Assembly (NCBI GenBank): GCA_964202905.1
Contig: CAXNJO010000001.1
Span: 288,001 to 352,000, forward strand
Length of the DNA: 64,000 nt
Direction of reading: 5' to 3'
Origin: Polyangiales bacterium
Lineage (GTDB): Bacteria > Myxococcota_A > Polyangia > Polyangiales > JADJQN01
Every line of letters begins with the position of its first letter. The first letter of the stretch is position 1. Below are positions 8,653 through 18,880 of the stretch, one piece after another. The notes under the pieces are model-generated. The model saw only the letters and a list, made by a program, of their open reading frames with translations, ran no database searches and was not told the origin of the DNA. The position numbers were made by a program, and so were the translations under genes.

Positions 8653-10323
8653 ACGACGCGCGACGACGGCGGCGAGCACGACGCCGAGCGCCGCGAGCGC
8701 ACCGCCCGCACCACCCGCGCGCGACGACGCGCTGCACAGCCCGCCCCCGCCCGCGGAGACGGCCTGCCGCGCACGCTCGGAGGCCGTCGCGCGGAGCGTG
8801 TCGATCGGCGTCCACGGCGCGAAGATGCCCGCGCCGCGGTCCGCGCAGTACGCGTCGTCGTCCCCCGGGTACACGACGCCCTCGCGCGCGCGCACCTCGC
8901 GGCCCGTCGGCAGCACGAGCCGCTGCGGCGCCGCGAACCAGAAGTACTCGGGCGCGCACTCGGTGATGAGGCGCGCGGTGTGGACGTTGGAGACCGCACG
9001 CGCCGCGTCGGACGGGTAGAAGACGGGATCCTCGGTCATCTCCGCGGCGCTCATCGTCGTGTAGAGCCGCGTGAGCGTCGGGTGGCGCTCGAGGATCGCC
9101 TGCGCGTTGCGGCGCGGCGCGAGGATCGCGGCGTCGAGCGCGGCGACGAAGTCCGCGGGACGGAAGGCGAGGCCGGCGAGGTAGCCCTCGTAGCTGGTGC
9201 ACCAGCCCTGCACGAGGCAGTTGTAGAAGTCCGTCGACTCCTCCGGCGTCGGCGGCGGCAGGTAGCGCTGCAGCAGCGCGAGCAACTGCGAGTCTCCTGC
9301 GAAGCCGCGGTCGCGGAGCGCCTGCACGAACGTGCGCGCGTCGGTCACGGTCGCGAGGTCGGAGAGGTCGCGAAGCTCGAGCGTGAGGGTCGGGGTGCTG
9401 CCGAGGTAGTCGGTCACGAAGGCGCGGCCGCCGGCGTCGTCGACGGCGTTCGTCACGATGCTCTCGTAGCTGCGCGTGCCGAGGAAGAGCCCGGGCTCGT
9501 CGTCGACGTCCGGCGTGAGCATCGTGTAGTTCGTCGAGCGCATCCCCTGCGACGCGAGGAAGTACGCGCGGATCGGCATGTCATCGACGGCGGCGATCCG
9601 CGTGAGGCGGATGGGGATGCAGGGCTCGCCGTTCGTGTAGCGCAGGACGATCGGCTGGATCTCGCCGACCGCGCGGTCCTTCTGCAGACGCAGCGCGACG
9701 AAGTAGCTCCCGGTCGCGATGTACGCGTCGATCTCGGGGCGGGCGCTCTCGGGGATCTGGTAGTCGTACTCGTTCAGCCAGTCGTAGAGCGCGTTGACGT
9801 CGGTCGCGGTGAGCACGGCCGCGTCGTAGGGACCGACGTTGCCGCGGAAGACGACGTCGACCCCGCCGTCGGGCGCAGCCGCGGCGCCCGCATCGGTGAA
9901 GCCCCCGGCGAAGGGCGGCCCGCCGCGATCGGAGTCGTAGTAGTCGTAACAGGAGGGCTCCGACCGACAGGTGCCGGTCGTCTCGGATCTCGTGAAGAAC
10001 ACCGGACGCGTCGCCTGGTCGAGCGCGCGGAAGAGCGCGTCCGTCCCCACGGAGAGCGCAGGCGCGCTCGGCGTCGGCAGGATCCACGCGAACTGCTCGG
10101 CCGCGCCCTGGTAGAGGATCTGGACGTGCGCCTCGATCGCGCCGTCCTCTTCGACGGAGAACACGATGTTCTCGCCGGACTGGTCGATCGGCTGGTTGCT
10201 GCAGAAGAAGCCGCCGCACGCGGACGCGGGCGCAGGCAGCGCGAGCCCGCCGAGCGCCGCGGCGCCGAGCGCGAGCCCGCCGAGGGAAGTGAGCGACGCG
10301 GCGAGGGGATGGTGGCGTGTCAT
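8641..10323 (-). CDS. DUF2330-like secreted protein with MYXO-CTERM-like tail
   Basis: Signal peptide then ACGGFFC..IDQSGENIVF, FAWILPTP, FVALRL, IPIRLT; C-terminal GGLCSA + TM helix + RRRRR. Confidence 0.8.
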   Translation of the reverse strand: MTRHHPLAASLTSLGGLALGAAALGGLALPAPASACGGFFCSNQPIDQSGENIVFSVEEDGAIEAHVQILYQGAAEQFAWILPTPSAPALSVGTDALFRALDQATRPVFFTRSETTGTCRSEPSCYDYYDSDRGGPPFAGGFTDAGAAAAPDGGVDVVFRGNVGPYDAAVLTATDVNALYDWLNEYDYQIPESARPEIDAYIATGSYFVALRLQKDRAVGEIQPIVLRYTNGEPCIPIRLTRIAAVDDMPIRAYFLASQGMRSTNYTMLTPDVDDEPGLFLGTRSYESIVTNAVDDAGGRAFVTDYLGSTPTLTLELRDLSDLATVTDARTFVQALRDRGFAGDSQLLALLQRYLPPPTPEESTDFYNCLVQGWCTSYEGYLAGLAFRPADFVAALDAAILAPRRNAQAILERHPTLTRLYTTMSAAEMTEDPVFYPSDAARAVSNVHTARLITECAPEYFWFAAPQRLVLPTGREVRAREGVVYPGDDDAYCADRGAGIFAPWTPIDTLRATASERARQAVSAGGGGLCSASSRAGGAGGALAALGVVLAAVVARRRRR

Positions 10324-10343
10324 GGGACCTCGGTCGTTGGAAC

Positions 10344-10359
10344 AGCAACGATCGTGCCG
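10344..10359 (-). promoter_or_regulatory. Putative sigma54 (-24/-12) promoter for the DUF2330 gene
   Basis: Minus strand CGGCACGATCGTTGCT matches TGGCACG-N4-TTGCW; a GAGG RBS lies between it and the ATG. Confidence 0.7.
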
Positions 10360-10514
10360 TTCGGCGAAATGCGCAGACAGTCGCGGTTCGACGCGTGTGC
10401 GCGGCGAAGATGCCACGCGCGGGGCGGCCGGCGCGCACGGGCGACGTCCGGGTTGTGCCGGATTGCGCCGCCGCGCTTGTGGCATCCCGCGCACCGCGGC
10501 AGGCTCGGACGGCG

Positions 10515-12347
10515 ATGGCGGTCATCAACAAGCGCGAGATCATGCGCCAGGCGCAACGGGCGCTCGACACCGGCCGGCCCCGCGAGGCGGTCGCCGACCT
10601 CTGGTCGCTGCTCGACCGCGCGCACGTCCCCGAGGAGGAGGCGCGCGCCGCCCTGCGCCTGCTGCAGCAGGCCTACGTCGCGCTCGACCGCGGGCGGGCG
10701 GCGGCGACGGTCGCGCTCCACCTCGGCGATCCGGACACGGCGCTGCGGCTCGCGCAGGGATCCCAACTCGAGCTCGCGCGCGTGCAGGCCTACCGCGGCA
10801 AGCACCGCGAGGCGGCCCGCGCCTTCGAGGCGGCCGGCTGGCTCGGACACGCCGCGATCCAGCTCGAGGACGCAGGCGACGACCGCGGCGCACGCGTCCT
10901 CTGGGAGCGCCTCGCCGACACCCCGCGGCTCCGCGAGGACCTCTACGCGCAGGCGCTCGTGCGCTTCAACCTCGGGCGCGCGTGCGGGCGACTCGGCGAC
11001 GCAGACGCCGCCCGCAAGGCGACCGTGCAGAGCCTGCAGCTGCTCGAGGCCGCGGCGGACGACTTCGAGCAGCGCGGCCTGCGCGAGCGCGCGTTCGACT
11101 GCTACCAGGTGCTCGTCTCGGTGGGGCGCGCGGGCTCTTTCGAGAACCTCGCGGAGGGCTACCTCAACTGCATCCGCATCCTCCGCGACGATCACCTGAA
11201 GTACTACGTCCTCCAGTATTACGAGGATTTCCAGCGGCTCGCGCTCGACCGGCGCGAGCTGGTCGCGGCCGCGACGCTCTTCCGCGAGGCGGCCGACTTC
11301 GCGCGGCGGAGCGGCCTGCCCTTCGCGCGTTACTACACGCAGCGCGCCGCCGAGACGCACCTCGCCGCCGCGCAGCACGGCGCGAGCGCGGGCGCGCCGC
11401 CCGAGTTGATCGAGAACGCGTACACCGCCGCGATCGAGGCGTGGAGCGAGCTCGGCGCGTGGACGCACGTCCGCACGACCTACGGCCACCTCGCGACGCT
11501 CGCGCTGCCCGAGAAACGTCGCGCCCGCTACACGCGGCTCTTCGAGCGGCTCCGCGACGTGGCCGATGAGGTGGGCCCGCGCGCGACGATGCCGAGCCAC
11601 CTCAAGATGGACACCGCCTACCCCGAGGTCTGGCGGCTCGACGTCGTCGAGTGGGAACAGGACGGCGACCCCGCCGAGACGATGGGCGAGGTGCTCTTCG
11701 ACGCGAAATACCCGGATTTCACCCGGCGCCGCGCGCTGCTCTGCCGGCTCTTTCAGCTCGGGGACGACGCCGCGCGGCCCGATCCCGACCACCTCGCGGG
11801 CCTCGCCGCGCTGCTCGGACGCACCGAGACCTACGCGGCGCTCGCGCCGCTGGAGCGGCTCTACCGTCACGCGGACGGCCGTGTGCGCGCGGCCTGCCTG
11901 CGCGCGACGCGACAGCTCTATTTCAAGCGCTCGTTCGTGCTCGTGCAGCTCGGGCTGCGCGACCCGGACAGCCGCGTGCGCGCCGAGGCACTCGTGGCGG
12001 TCGGGCAACTCCACTTCGGGCACGCGCTCGACCCGCTCGCGCGGATCTACCGCGAGGCGACCGACCCGGAGGTGCGCCTCGCGGCGCTCACGTCGATCGG
12101 CCGCGTGCCGGGTGTCGAGGCGCTCGAGCTGCTGATTGACGCATTGCGTCATGGCCTGCCGGAGGAGCGCGCCGTCGCGCGCGACGTGCTGACGCGGAGC
12201 GACCACGCGGACGCCGGCGCGCTGCTCGAGGCGGCGGAGGCGAGCGAACAAGGCGCGGCGCGCGCGTGGCTCGGCGAGGTCCGACGCGCCCGGGCCGACG
12301 CGGGGCGCGGGCCGTCCGAGCGCGACGCGAAGCCCCTGGGGCCGTGA
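10515..12347 (+). CDS. TPR-like plus C-terminal HEAT-repeat protein
   Basis: Helical repeats (AARAFEAAG, LVRFNLGRAC); HEAT-type repeats (LRDPDSRVRAEALVAVG, DPEVRLAALTSIG). Confidence 0.75.
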   Translation: MAVINKREIMRQAQRALDTGRPREAVADLWSLLDRAHVPEEEARAALRLLQQAYVALDRGRAAATVALHLGDPDTALRLAQGSQLELARVQAYRGKHREAARAFEAAGWLGHAAIQLEDAGDDRGARVLWERLADTPRLREDLYAQALVRFNLGRACGRLGDADAARKATVQSLQLLEAAADDFEQRGLRERAFDCYQVLVSVGRAGSFENLAEGYLNCIRILRDDHLKYYVLQYYEDFQRLALDRRELVAAATLFREAADFARRSGLPFARYYTQRAAETHLAAAQHGASAGAPPELIENAYTAAIEAWSELGAWTHVRTTYGHLATLALPEKRRARYTRLFERLRDVADEVGPRATMPSHLKMDTAYPEVWRLDVVEWEQDGDPAETMGEVLFDAKYPDFTRRRALLCRLFQLGDDAARPDPDHLAGLAALLGRTETYAALAPLERLYRHADGRVRAACLRATRQLYFKRSFVLVQLGLRDPDSRVRAEALVAVGQLHFGHALDPLARIYREATDPEVRLAALTSIGRVPGVEALELLIDALRHGLPEERAVARDVLTRSDHADAGALLEAAEASEQGAARAWLGEVRRARADAGRGPSERDAKPLGP

Positions 12348-12381
12348 GCGCACGGGGGCACGCGGAGGCGACGTGCCCGGG

Positions 12382-12897
12382 TTACTCGGCCTGTTGGCGC
12401 TCGCGCTCCTCGCGCTCGACGACGATGCGCACCTCGGCCTCGGTGAGGGCGCGCGCGGGCGCAGGCGGGAGCTCGTAGAGGTCGACCTGCACGCGGCCCT
12501 CCCCCGCGGGCACGATGGTCACGTCGATGTGCACGATGGCCCCCGTCGCGTCGCGCGGCACCGCGTCGCGGAAGGTGGCGCCCTGCCCGTTCGGGGTCAC
12601 GACGCCCGTGCGGAGCCGGGGCCCGAAGTAGCGCTGCACCTTCTCGATCGGCACCGTCGTCTCGTAGACGTGCCGCCGCCCGAGCGAGAGCTTCTCCTCG
12701 AGACCGCGCGGCAGGCGCAGGCCGGCGACGACCGCGTCGCCTTCGCGCAGTTCGCCCTGCGCGTCGTAGATGCTCGCGCGCTCGGGGCCGCTCTCGGGCG
12801 CCGCGACAGACGTCGCCGGCGCCTCGAACACGGGTTCCCCCGCGGGCTCCGACGCACCGCAGGCCGAGAGCCAGACGACCGCGCTCGCGGCCTGCAA
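12382..12897 (-). CDS. Hypothetical lipoprotein downstream of pilY1 (start uncertain)
   Basis: VVWLSAC lipobox; coding-like segment GLRLPRGLEEK...VQRYFGPRL. Confidence 0.55.
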   Translation of the reverse strand: MQAASAVVWLSACGASEPAGEPVFEAPATSVAAPESGPERASIYDAQGELREGDAVVAGLRLPRGLEEKLSLGRRHVYETTVPIEKVQRYFGPRLRTGVVTPNGQGATFRDAVPRDATGAIVHIDVTIVPAGEGRVQVDLYELPPAPARALTEAEVRIVVEREERERQQAE

Positions 12898-12950
12898 GGC
12901 GCCGCGCGCCCGCCCGACGGCGAGCCGCGGCGCCCCCCGACGCGCAGCGC

Positions 12951-15900
12951 TCAGTCGACCGTCCCGGACCACGACTGGATGCTCGTCATCGACGCCGGCG
13001 GCGTGAGCGTGCGGGTGATGGTGGAGACCGTGCCGAGGGACGCGCCCGTGCTCGCGCTGCTGCCGCCGCTCACCTGCGCGACCAGCTGGAACTCGCCGCC
13101 GCCGACCGCCGAGTGCCGGTAGCGCGTGCCGCCGGAGTACGCGTCCGTCTCGGTGAGGCCGTTGAAGCAGGTGGGACGCTGCGTGACGCCGACGCCCATG
13201 ATGATCGCGTTGGTCACGTCGGGCAGGCGCGGCACGAACGTCCCCGAGCCCGTCGGGTACTCGATGCCCGACGCCGGATAAGGCGTGGTCTGCGAGGCGA
13301 CCGTGGTGCTCTTGATGTACTCGACGCCCCAGAGCCGGCTCGCGCCGTAGTCGCAGGCGTTGACCGCGCTGGTGTTCGACGAGAAGGTCGCGAAGTAGAC
13401 CTTGCCGTCGAAGAGCTGGAGCGGGCCCGTGACCTGCTCGCCCGCGGCGAGGCGCGCCTCCCAGTTGAGGGTCGCGATGAACGAGCACGCGCCCGCGGCG
13501 GTGCAGGTCGTGTTCTCCGTGAGCGAGGCGACGCGGTTCGCGGCGGTGCCGTCGAGCGCGTCGACGTCACCCGTCGCCTGAACGACGACCGGGTTGCCCG
13601 AGAGATCCGTCGAGACGATCGGCGACTCGAAGGCCGGCTGGCTCGAGTCGACGGTGCCGCCGGCGAAGAGGTCGTACATCGCGGTCGCCGTCCAGCTGCT
13701 GAGCGTCTTGCTCGCGAGATCGAGGCGCCAGATCACGCCGTCCTGATCCGTGACGAAGGCCCGCGTCGCGACGGTGCCGACATCCCCCGGGAAGAGCGAG
13801 ACGCCGCCCGAGATGGGCGCCTCGAAGGTGTTGCCGTCGAAGCGGCGCATCATCGTGCCCGTCGCGAAGTCGAGGAAGGTCAGGCTGCGCCCGACGCGCG
13901 GATCGCTCGTCGTGACGTAGGCGCCGCTCGGCCAGCAGCGGCGCACGGTGCGCGACGCGATGCCGTTGGTGGTCGTGGCCGGGCGGTTGACGGCGCTGAT
14001 CGACCCCGACGTGCAGCCCGCCGGGAAGGCCGCGCGGCGCGCGACGCTCTCGGAGCCGATCCCGCCGGGAAGCACCGCGACGGCGCGCTCCTCGACCGCG
14101 CCGGCCGACGTCTCGACGAGCACCTGCCCGATGCCGGGCTTGCCGTAGGTCGGGCCCATGTTGTGGTCCGACTCGTTGTAGGTGAACTGCCAGAGGAACT
14201 TCGGCGCGAACGGGTCCGTGATGTCGAGCGACACGTAGACGCCCTGCGAGCGGAGCGGCACGACCATCACGGTGCGGTAGAGGCTCGCGCTCGCGGACTG
14301 CCCCGGCGTGCGGCGGAGGAAGACGTCCTTGACCACCGGCGTGCCGTCCACGAGGTTCTGGTGGGCGGAGGTGGCGGAGTCGAGCAGCGGGAGCACGGCC
14401 GGCGGCACGAAACCCCAGAGCTCCATGCCCGCCGGCAGCGTGCTGCCCGCATACGCCGTGTCGGTGCGCGACGCCGGGACGGTGTAGTTCTCCGCGAGGA
14501 AGGCGTGGAGGATGCCGTCGTTCGAGCCGACGTACACGATCGTCGGACGCGTGTTGACGGTGGGCTCGTTGCGGAAGAGGTTGAACGACTCGTCCGCGAG
14601 GTCCTGCCGCGGCGGCCCGACGACGACCGGCGACGAGTGGTAGATGTCGCCCATGTTCGGGCGCCCGACGCCACGGACCCAGTCGATGATCGCGTTCTTG
14701 CGCGCGGTGTTGGTGGAGAGGAGGCCGAAGTGCTGCGGCTTGAGGGCCGTGTTGGCCGCGTCGAAGGTGGTCAGCGCGAGCCCCGTCTCGAGCGGCGCCC
14801 AGGCCGCCGGCGTCGTGGCGACCTGCGCGTAGCCGAGGCTCGGGCCCGTCAGGTAGCTGCGGGCGCGCGCGGACGTCGCGGTGACCGGCGCGACCGTGTA
14901 GAGGGTGCGCGTGGTCTGCGCCTCGAGCAGATCGTGGAAGCGGTCCTGCGCGGCGAGGGGCTGGAGCTCGGGCTGCAGCGTGGTCGCGTTGCAGACGTAG
15001 CGGCGGCGGTCGAGCACGCCCTGCCAGGGCGTGGTCGCGGTACCGACCGAGAAGCCCGTCGAGAACTGGAGCTGCGTGCCGGTGCCCGACGACGCGGCGA
15101 AGGCGGGCGCGGTGCGGGTCGTCACGCCGGTCGCGGCGCGGTCGAGCGCGCTCGCGAGGCTCGCGAGGAGCGTCGCGCGGTCCGTGGCGAGCAGGGCGCC
15201 GCCCGTGCCGCCGCGCTGCGCGATGAGGTTCAGCCGCGCGACGTTGGTCGGGTCGGTGACGCTGAGGCCGACGACGAAGATGCCGTCCACGAGGCGCGAG
15301 GCGCCCTCGCACTTGCCCGTCGAGGCGTTGAGGTTGCAGAGGGTCGAGGCGAGGTCCTCGGCGCGCGCGTACGGGCACACGCCGCCCGGCTGCTCGCAGT
15401 TCACGGTGCCGGTGCGCTTGTCGCTGTCGGGGTAGCCATCCGTCAGCAGCAGCAGGTAGCGCGGGCGGCACTGGTAGAACGGGTCACCGCCCGAGACGTC
15501 GAGCGGATCGGCGACGTCCGGGTTGTTCTCGAGCCAGAACTTCGCGTCGTCGAGCATGCCCGCGATGGGCGTGCCGCCGTAGGGCCGCGTCGCGAGCAGG
15601 CGCGACTGGATCTGCGCGTTGATCGCGCGGAAGTCCGCGGAATCATTGCCGGTGCTGACGAGGCCACCCTCGGGTGCGCTCGCGCTGCGCGCACCGTTGT
15701 TCATCGTGTACTCGGCGCAGCCGGGGAAGTTGTACGGCGCGTTGCGTCCGTACGAATACATCCCGTCGGAGCCGTTCATGCGCGTGAGGGCGAGCGCGTA
15801 GGAGGCCGTGCTGACGTCGCTCGGGATGAAGGGGTTCGCCGACGGGACGAGCGTGCCGACGCCGTCGAACGTCATCAGGCCGAACTTCACGCGGTCGAGG

Positions 15901-16334
15901 TAGCCGTCGAGGATGCCGTCCTGCAGCTGCGCGGTGCCCGTCGGCTGGTGGTAGGGCAGGTGGGCGCGGTAATCGTACTGACCGACGAACATCGACGTCG
16001 TGCGGTAGAGGCTCGCGTCCGACTGACGCGCGCACTTGAAGTCCGAGAAGGTCCCGGTGAGCGCCTCGAGCGTCGTCGTCCAGCGGTTCTTCTCGTCGCC
16101 CACCGCGTTGTTGCAGGTGGGGCACGCGCCCGCCGTGCCGCAGCCGCGCGTGGTCGTGGCGGTCGTCGGCGCGGTGTAGGCGGTGCGGTACTCCATCGAC
16201 AGCGAGCTGTCGACGAGCAGCATCACGGCCGGCCGGATCGAGCGGATGTCCGGCTCCTGCGCGCGCGCGGAGGGGGCACCGACGAGCGCGAGGGCGGCGA
16301 GGAGGGCGAGGCTGAGGTGGCTGCGCTTGAGCAT
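12951..16334 (-). CDS. pilY1: PilY1/PilC-type pilus tip adhesin with N-terminal vWA-like domain
   Basis: Signal peptide; LLVDSSLSM MIDAS, GGTP, LLTDGYP; beta-propeller motifs GDIYHSSPVVVG, VYVGSNDGILHAF, ELWGFVP, VDGTPVVKDV. Confidence 0.9.
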   Translation of the reverse strand: MLKRSHLSLALLAALALVGAPSARAQEPDIRSIRPAVMLLVDSSLSMEYRTAYTAPTTATTTRGCGTAGACPTCNNAVGDEKNRWTTTLEALTGTFSDFKCARQSDASLYRTTSMFVGQYDYRAHLPYHQPTGTAQLQDGILDGYLDRVKFGLMTFDGVGTLVPSANPFIPSDVSTASYALALTRMNGSDGMYSYGRNAPYNFPGCAEYTMNNGARSASAPEGGLVSTGNDSADFRAINAQIQSRLLATRPYGGTPIAGMLDDAKFWLENNPDVADPLDVSGGDPFYQCRPRYLLLLTDGYPDSDKRTGTVNCEQPGGVCPYARAEDLASTLCNLNASTGKCEGASRLVDGIFVVGLSVTDPTNVARLNLIAQRGGTGGALLATDRATLLASLASALDRAATGVTTRTAPAFAASSGTGTQLQFSTGFSVGTATTPWQGVLDRRRYVCNATTLQPELQPLAAQDRFHDLLEAQTTRTLYTVAPVTATSARARSYLTGPSLGYAQVATTPAAWAPLETGLALTTFDAANTALKPQHFGLLSTNTARKNAIIDWVRGVGRPNMGDIYHSSPVVVGPPRQDLADESFNLFRNEPTVNTRPTIVYVGSNDGILHAFLAENYTVPASRTDTAYAGSTLPAGMELWGFVPPAVLPLLDSATSAHQNLVDGTPVVKDVFLRRTPGQSASASLYRTVMVVPLRSQGVYVSLDITDPFAPKFLWQFTYNESDHNMGPTYGKPGIGQVLVETSAGAVEERAVAVLPGGIGSESVARRAAFPAGCTSGSISAVNRPATTTNGIASRTVRRCWPSGAYVTTSDPRVGRSLTFLDFATGTMMRRFDGNTFEAPISGGVSLFPGDVGTVATRAFVTDQDGVIWRLDLASKTLSSWTATAMYDLFAGGTVDSSQPAFESPIVSTDLSGNPVVVQATGDVDALDGTAANRVASLTENTTCTAAGACSFIATLNWEARLAAGEQVTGPLQLFDGKVYFATFSSNTSAVNACDYGASRLWGVEYIKSTTVASQTTPYPASGIEYPTGSGTFVPRLPDVTNAIIMGVGVTQRPTCFNGLTETDAYSGGTRYRHSAVGGGEFQLVAQVSGGSSASTGASLGTVSTITRTLTPPASMTSIQSWSGTVD

Positions 16335-16345
16335 GGGGGCTCCGA

Positions 16346-17041
16346 TCACCGGCCGAAGGGTCCGAGGACGACATAGGCGCGCGCGTCTGCGGCACCTTCG
16401 AGGTAGGGGCGGATGTCGCCGGTCGAGCGCGGCACGTCGGTGCCGACCGCCGTCGGGACGCGCGTGCGCCCGTGCGAGGAGTAGGTCGCGCCCATGAAGC
16501 GCAGCGCGCCGGCGCCGTCGGCGCGGTGCCCCGCGATGGGCGTCGTGTAGGTGTAGTCGTCGTTGATGTCGACGATGAACCACGGCGCGAGCGCGCTGCG
16601 TCCGAGCGATTCGCCCCGCGTCGGGTCCGTCTCGATGGGGAAGCCGGCCGTCGCGCCGAGGGTGAGGTCCGCGAGGTAGAGGCGGTAATTGCGCTTGCCC
16701 GCCGCGATCTCGGGCTCGAAGAACTGAGACATGTAGCCCGACGCGGGCAGCACGCTGCGCTGCAGGGCCAGCTCGACGCCAGCGGGCTGGATGCGGTCGC
16801 TGTAGGCGATCGCCGCCATCAGGCCCGACTCCGCGACGTACTGCGTCTGCAGCGCCTGACGCGCCGCGCCGGCCGCGCGGATCTCCGAGGTCGTCGTGTG
16901 CACGGCGAAGACCGCGACGCCGCTCGTCATCAGCAGCACCAGCATCACGACGAACATCGCCGCGCCCTCGCGCGCAGGCGCCGGGCGCTGCGGCACACCG
17001 TCGCGAACCGAACCCTGGATGTGTTGGTGCGGCGTACTCAA
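16346..17041 (-). CDS. pilX: PilX-like minor pilin
   Basis: REG|AAMFVVMLVLL prepilin N-terminus lacking Glu5; AESGL motif; position between pilW and pilY1. Confidence 0.75.
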   Translation of the reverse strand: MSTPHQHIQGSVRDGVPQRPAPAREGAAMFVVMLVLLMTSGVAVFAVHTTTSEIRAAGAARQALQTQYVAESGLMAAIAYSDRIQPAGVELALQRSVLPASGYMSQFFEPEIAAGKRNYRLYLADLTLGATAGFPIETDPTRGESLGRSALAPWFIVDINDDYTYTTPIAGHRADGAGALRFMGATYSSHGRTRVPTAVGTDVPRSTGDIRPYLEGAADARAYVVLGPFGR

Positions 17042-17045
17042 GGGC

Positions 17046-18257
17046 TCACCTCAGGTTCGAGAGCTGGACTTCGCTGGTCAGCGAGCGCACGCGCGCCGCG
17101 CCAGGATAGGCGGCGTTGACCGTGACCTTGAAGCGCGTGAGCGGATCGCCCGCGGCGCGCGCGAGGTAGCGGAAGGAAGGGTCCTGATCGGCGGTGCGCG
17201 CCGAGAGCGAGACGATGGCCGTGCGGGCGCGCTCGGGGGCGGCGCCGGCGGCCGCGGCCGCGAGGCTGCCGAAGAGGATCGCGGAGGCCGCGCCGTCGAT
17301 GCGCTGGAGGTTCGCGGGGAGCGTGCGGGTGACCTGCTGGTCGACGACGAAGTCGAGGTTGAAGTCGACGACGTTCTCGAGGACGACCTGGTCGGTGCCC
17401 GCGACGACCGTGGGCGCCGCGCCGAACGTGACCTCGCGACGCAGCAGGAAGGTGCGCTGCCCTTCGACGAAGTCGCTGCCCGCGGGGTTGAGCGCCGTCG
17501 AATCGAAGCCGCCGCCGTCGTCCACGCGGTACTCGATGCGGGAGAGCACCGACACCGTCGCGCCGTCCGCGAGGCCGCCCACGCAGATGCCGCCCACGCC
17601 GAGCGCCGGGGCGAAGGTCACGGACGCCGCGGCGGCCGACGCCGAATTGATGGTCGTGTAGAAGACGTTGCCGGCCTGCGTGCGGATGCGGAGCATGCGG
17701 CCGGGCGCGAAGACCGACGCGAAGTTCCCCGTGGCCGTCGCGTCGATCGGCGGGAGGCCGAAGTTGCGGCGGAACGCTTGCCACGAGGTCTGCAGGAAGA
17801 TCGTCGAGCCGCCCGCGTCGAGGCCCGTCGCGAAGAAGGCGTCGTTCGTGGCGTAGCTGCCGACGAGACGCAGCCGATCCGCCGAGACGCGGTTGAGGAC
17901 GGCGTTCGGGATCTCGCCGCTGTCGGCGTTGTTCTCGAACTCGACGGCCTGCAGCTCGACCGCGGGCGCGCGGCAGCGCTGGTCGCGCTGGGAGTTGGAC
18001 GTCCCGAGGTAGCCGGCCCGCGCGAGGTCGCGCTGGACCAGGTCCATCGCGAGTCGGACGGCCGTCTGCGTCTGCCCGACGCGCTGCTGCTCCTGGAAGT
18101 GCCGCGACGAGGCGGCGCCGATGTAATACGTGCTCGCGATCACGAGCGCGCCCGCGGTGAGCGCGACCATCAGCTCGACGAGCGAGTAGCCGGACTCGGC
18201 GGCGGCGGAGCGGGGGCGCGGCCGCACCGGGTCGGCATGGGTCGGGCGCCGCGTCAT
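17046..18257 (-). CDS. pilW: PilW-like minor pilin
   Basis: G|YSLVELMVAL N-methylation motif; RLAMDLVQRDLARAGY; ENVVDFN. Confidence 0.85.
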   Translation of the reverse strand: MTRRPTHADPVRPRPRSAAAESGYSLVELMVALTAGALVIASTYYIGAASSRHFQEQQRVGQTQTAVRLAMDLVQRDLARAGYLGTSNSQRDQRCRAPAVELQAVEFENNADSGEIPNAVLNRVSADRLRLVGSYATNDAFFATGLDAGGSTIFLQTSWQAFRRNFGLPPIDATATGNFASVFAPGRMLRIRTQAGNVFYTTINSASAAAASVTFAPALGVGGICVGGLADGATVSVLSRIEYRVDDGGGFDSTALNPAGSDFVEGQRTFLLRREVTFGAAPTVVAGTDQVVLENVVDFNLDFVVDQQVTRTLPANLQRIDGAASAILFGSLAAAAAGAAPERARTAIVSLSARTADQDPSFRYLARAAGDPLTRFKVTVNAAYPGAARVRSLTSEVQLSNLR

Positions 18258-18880
18258 CGAGTCACCCAGCGCACGACGGTGGAGGCGCTCACGGAGCGGA
18301 CGCGCGTGTCGGCGCCGATCGCCGCCTCCTGACCCACGCCGCAGTCGGGGTACAGGTTCGCGGCCGCTGCGCCGACCCGGCCGCGGCGGTGCCACCACAC
18401 GCGCACGTCGGCGCGGATCGCCTGACCGGGGTTGACCCACTGCAAGCGGTACTGCGCGCAGTAGCGGACGTCCGCACCGAGCGCGATCTCGCGACCGTAG
18501 TGGTCGTAGCTCGCGCGCGAGTCGGCGAAGGCCGCCGGCGTCATCCACACCGGATCCGTGCCGACAGCGGGCACGTTGAGCAGGTAGCGCGTGGCGGCGA
18601 GGAGCGCCGGCGTGGCCGCGGCTGCGCCGGTGTTCCACGAGAGGGCGTCGCGCTTCAGGCGCTCGATCCAGGTGCGCGCGACCGTCGTCGCGATGGTCAT
18701 CTGCCGCGCCTCGCCGTTGCCCTGGATCGACGCCTGCTGGAGCGCGAGGATGCCCGCGGCGCCGGCCGTGAGGAGGGCCATCGCCATCATGACCTCGACC
18801 ATCGTGTAGCCCGCCTGCCGGCGGGCACGCGGGCGCGACGGGGGGGCGGACATGACCGGACCGGGGAGGCGCGCGCTCAT
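18254..18880 (-). CDS. pilV: PilV-like minor pilin
   Basis: G|YTMVEVMMAMALL, GILALQ; ATGA overlaps with both neighbours. Confidence 0.85.
   Translation of the reverse strand: MSARLPGPVMSAPPSRPRARRQAGYTMVEVMMAMALLTAGAAGILALQQASIQGNGEARQMTIATTVARTWIERLKRDALSWNTGAAAATPALLAATRYLLNVPAVGTDPVWMTPAAFADSRASYDHYGREIALGADVRYCAQYRLQWVNPGQAIRADVRVWWHRRGRVGAAAANLYPDCGVGQEAAIGADTRVRSVSASTVVRWVTR

Noticed and set aside
7168..11199. Very long alternative-frame and antisense ORFs (e.g. 7168-11199, 13113-16376, 51278-54649, 58500-62297)
   Set aside because: Arg/Ala/Gly-rich shadows of real genes, caused by stop-codon scarcity in high-GC DNA; no domain motifs.
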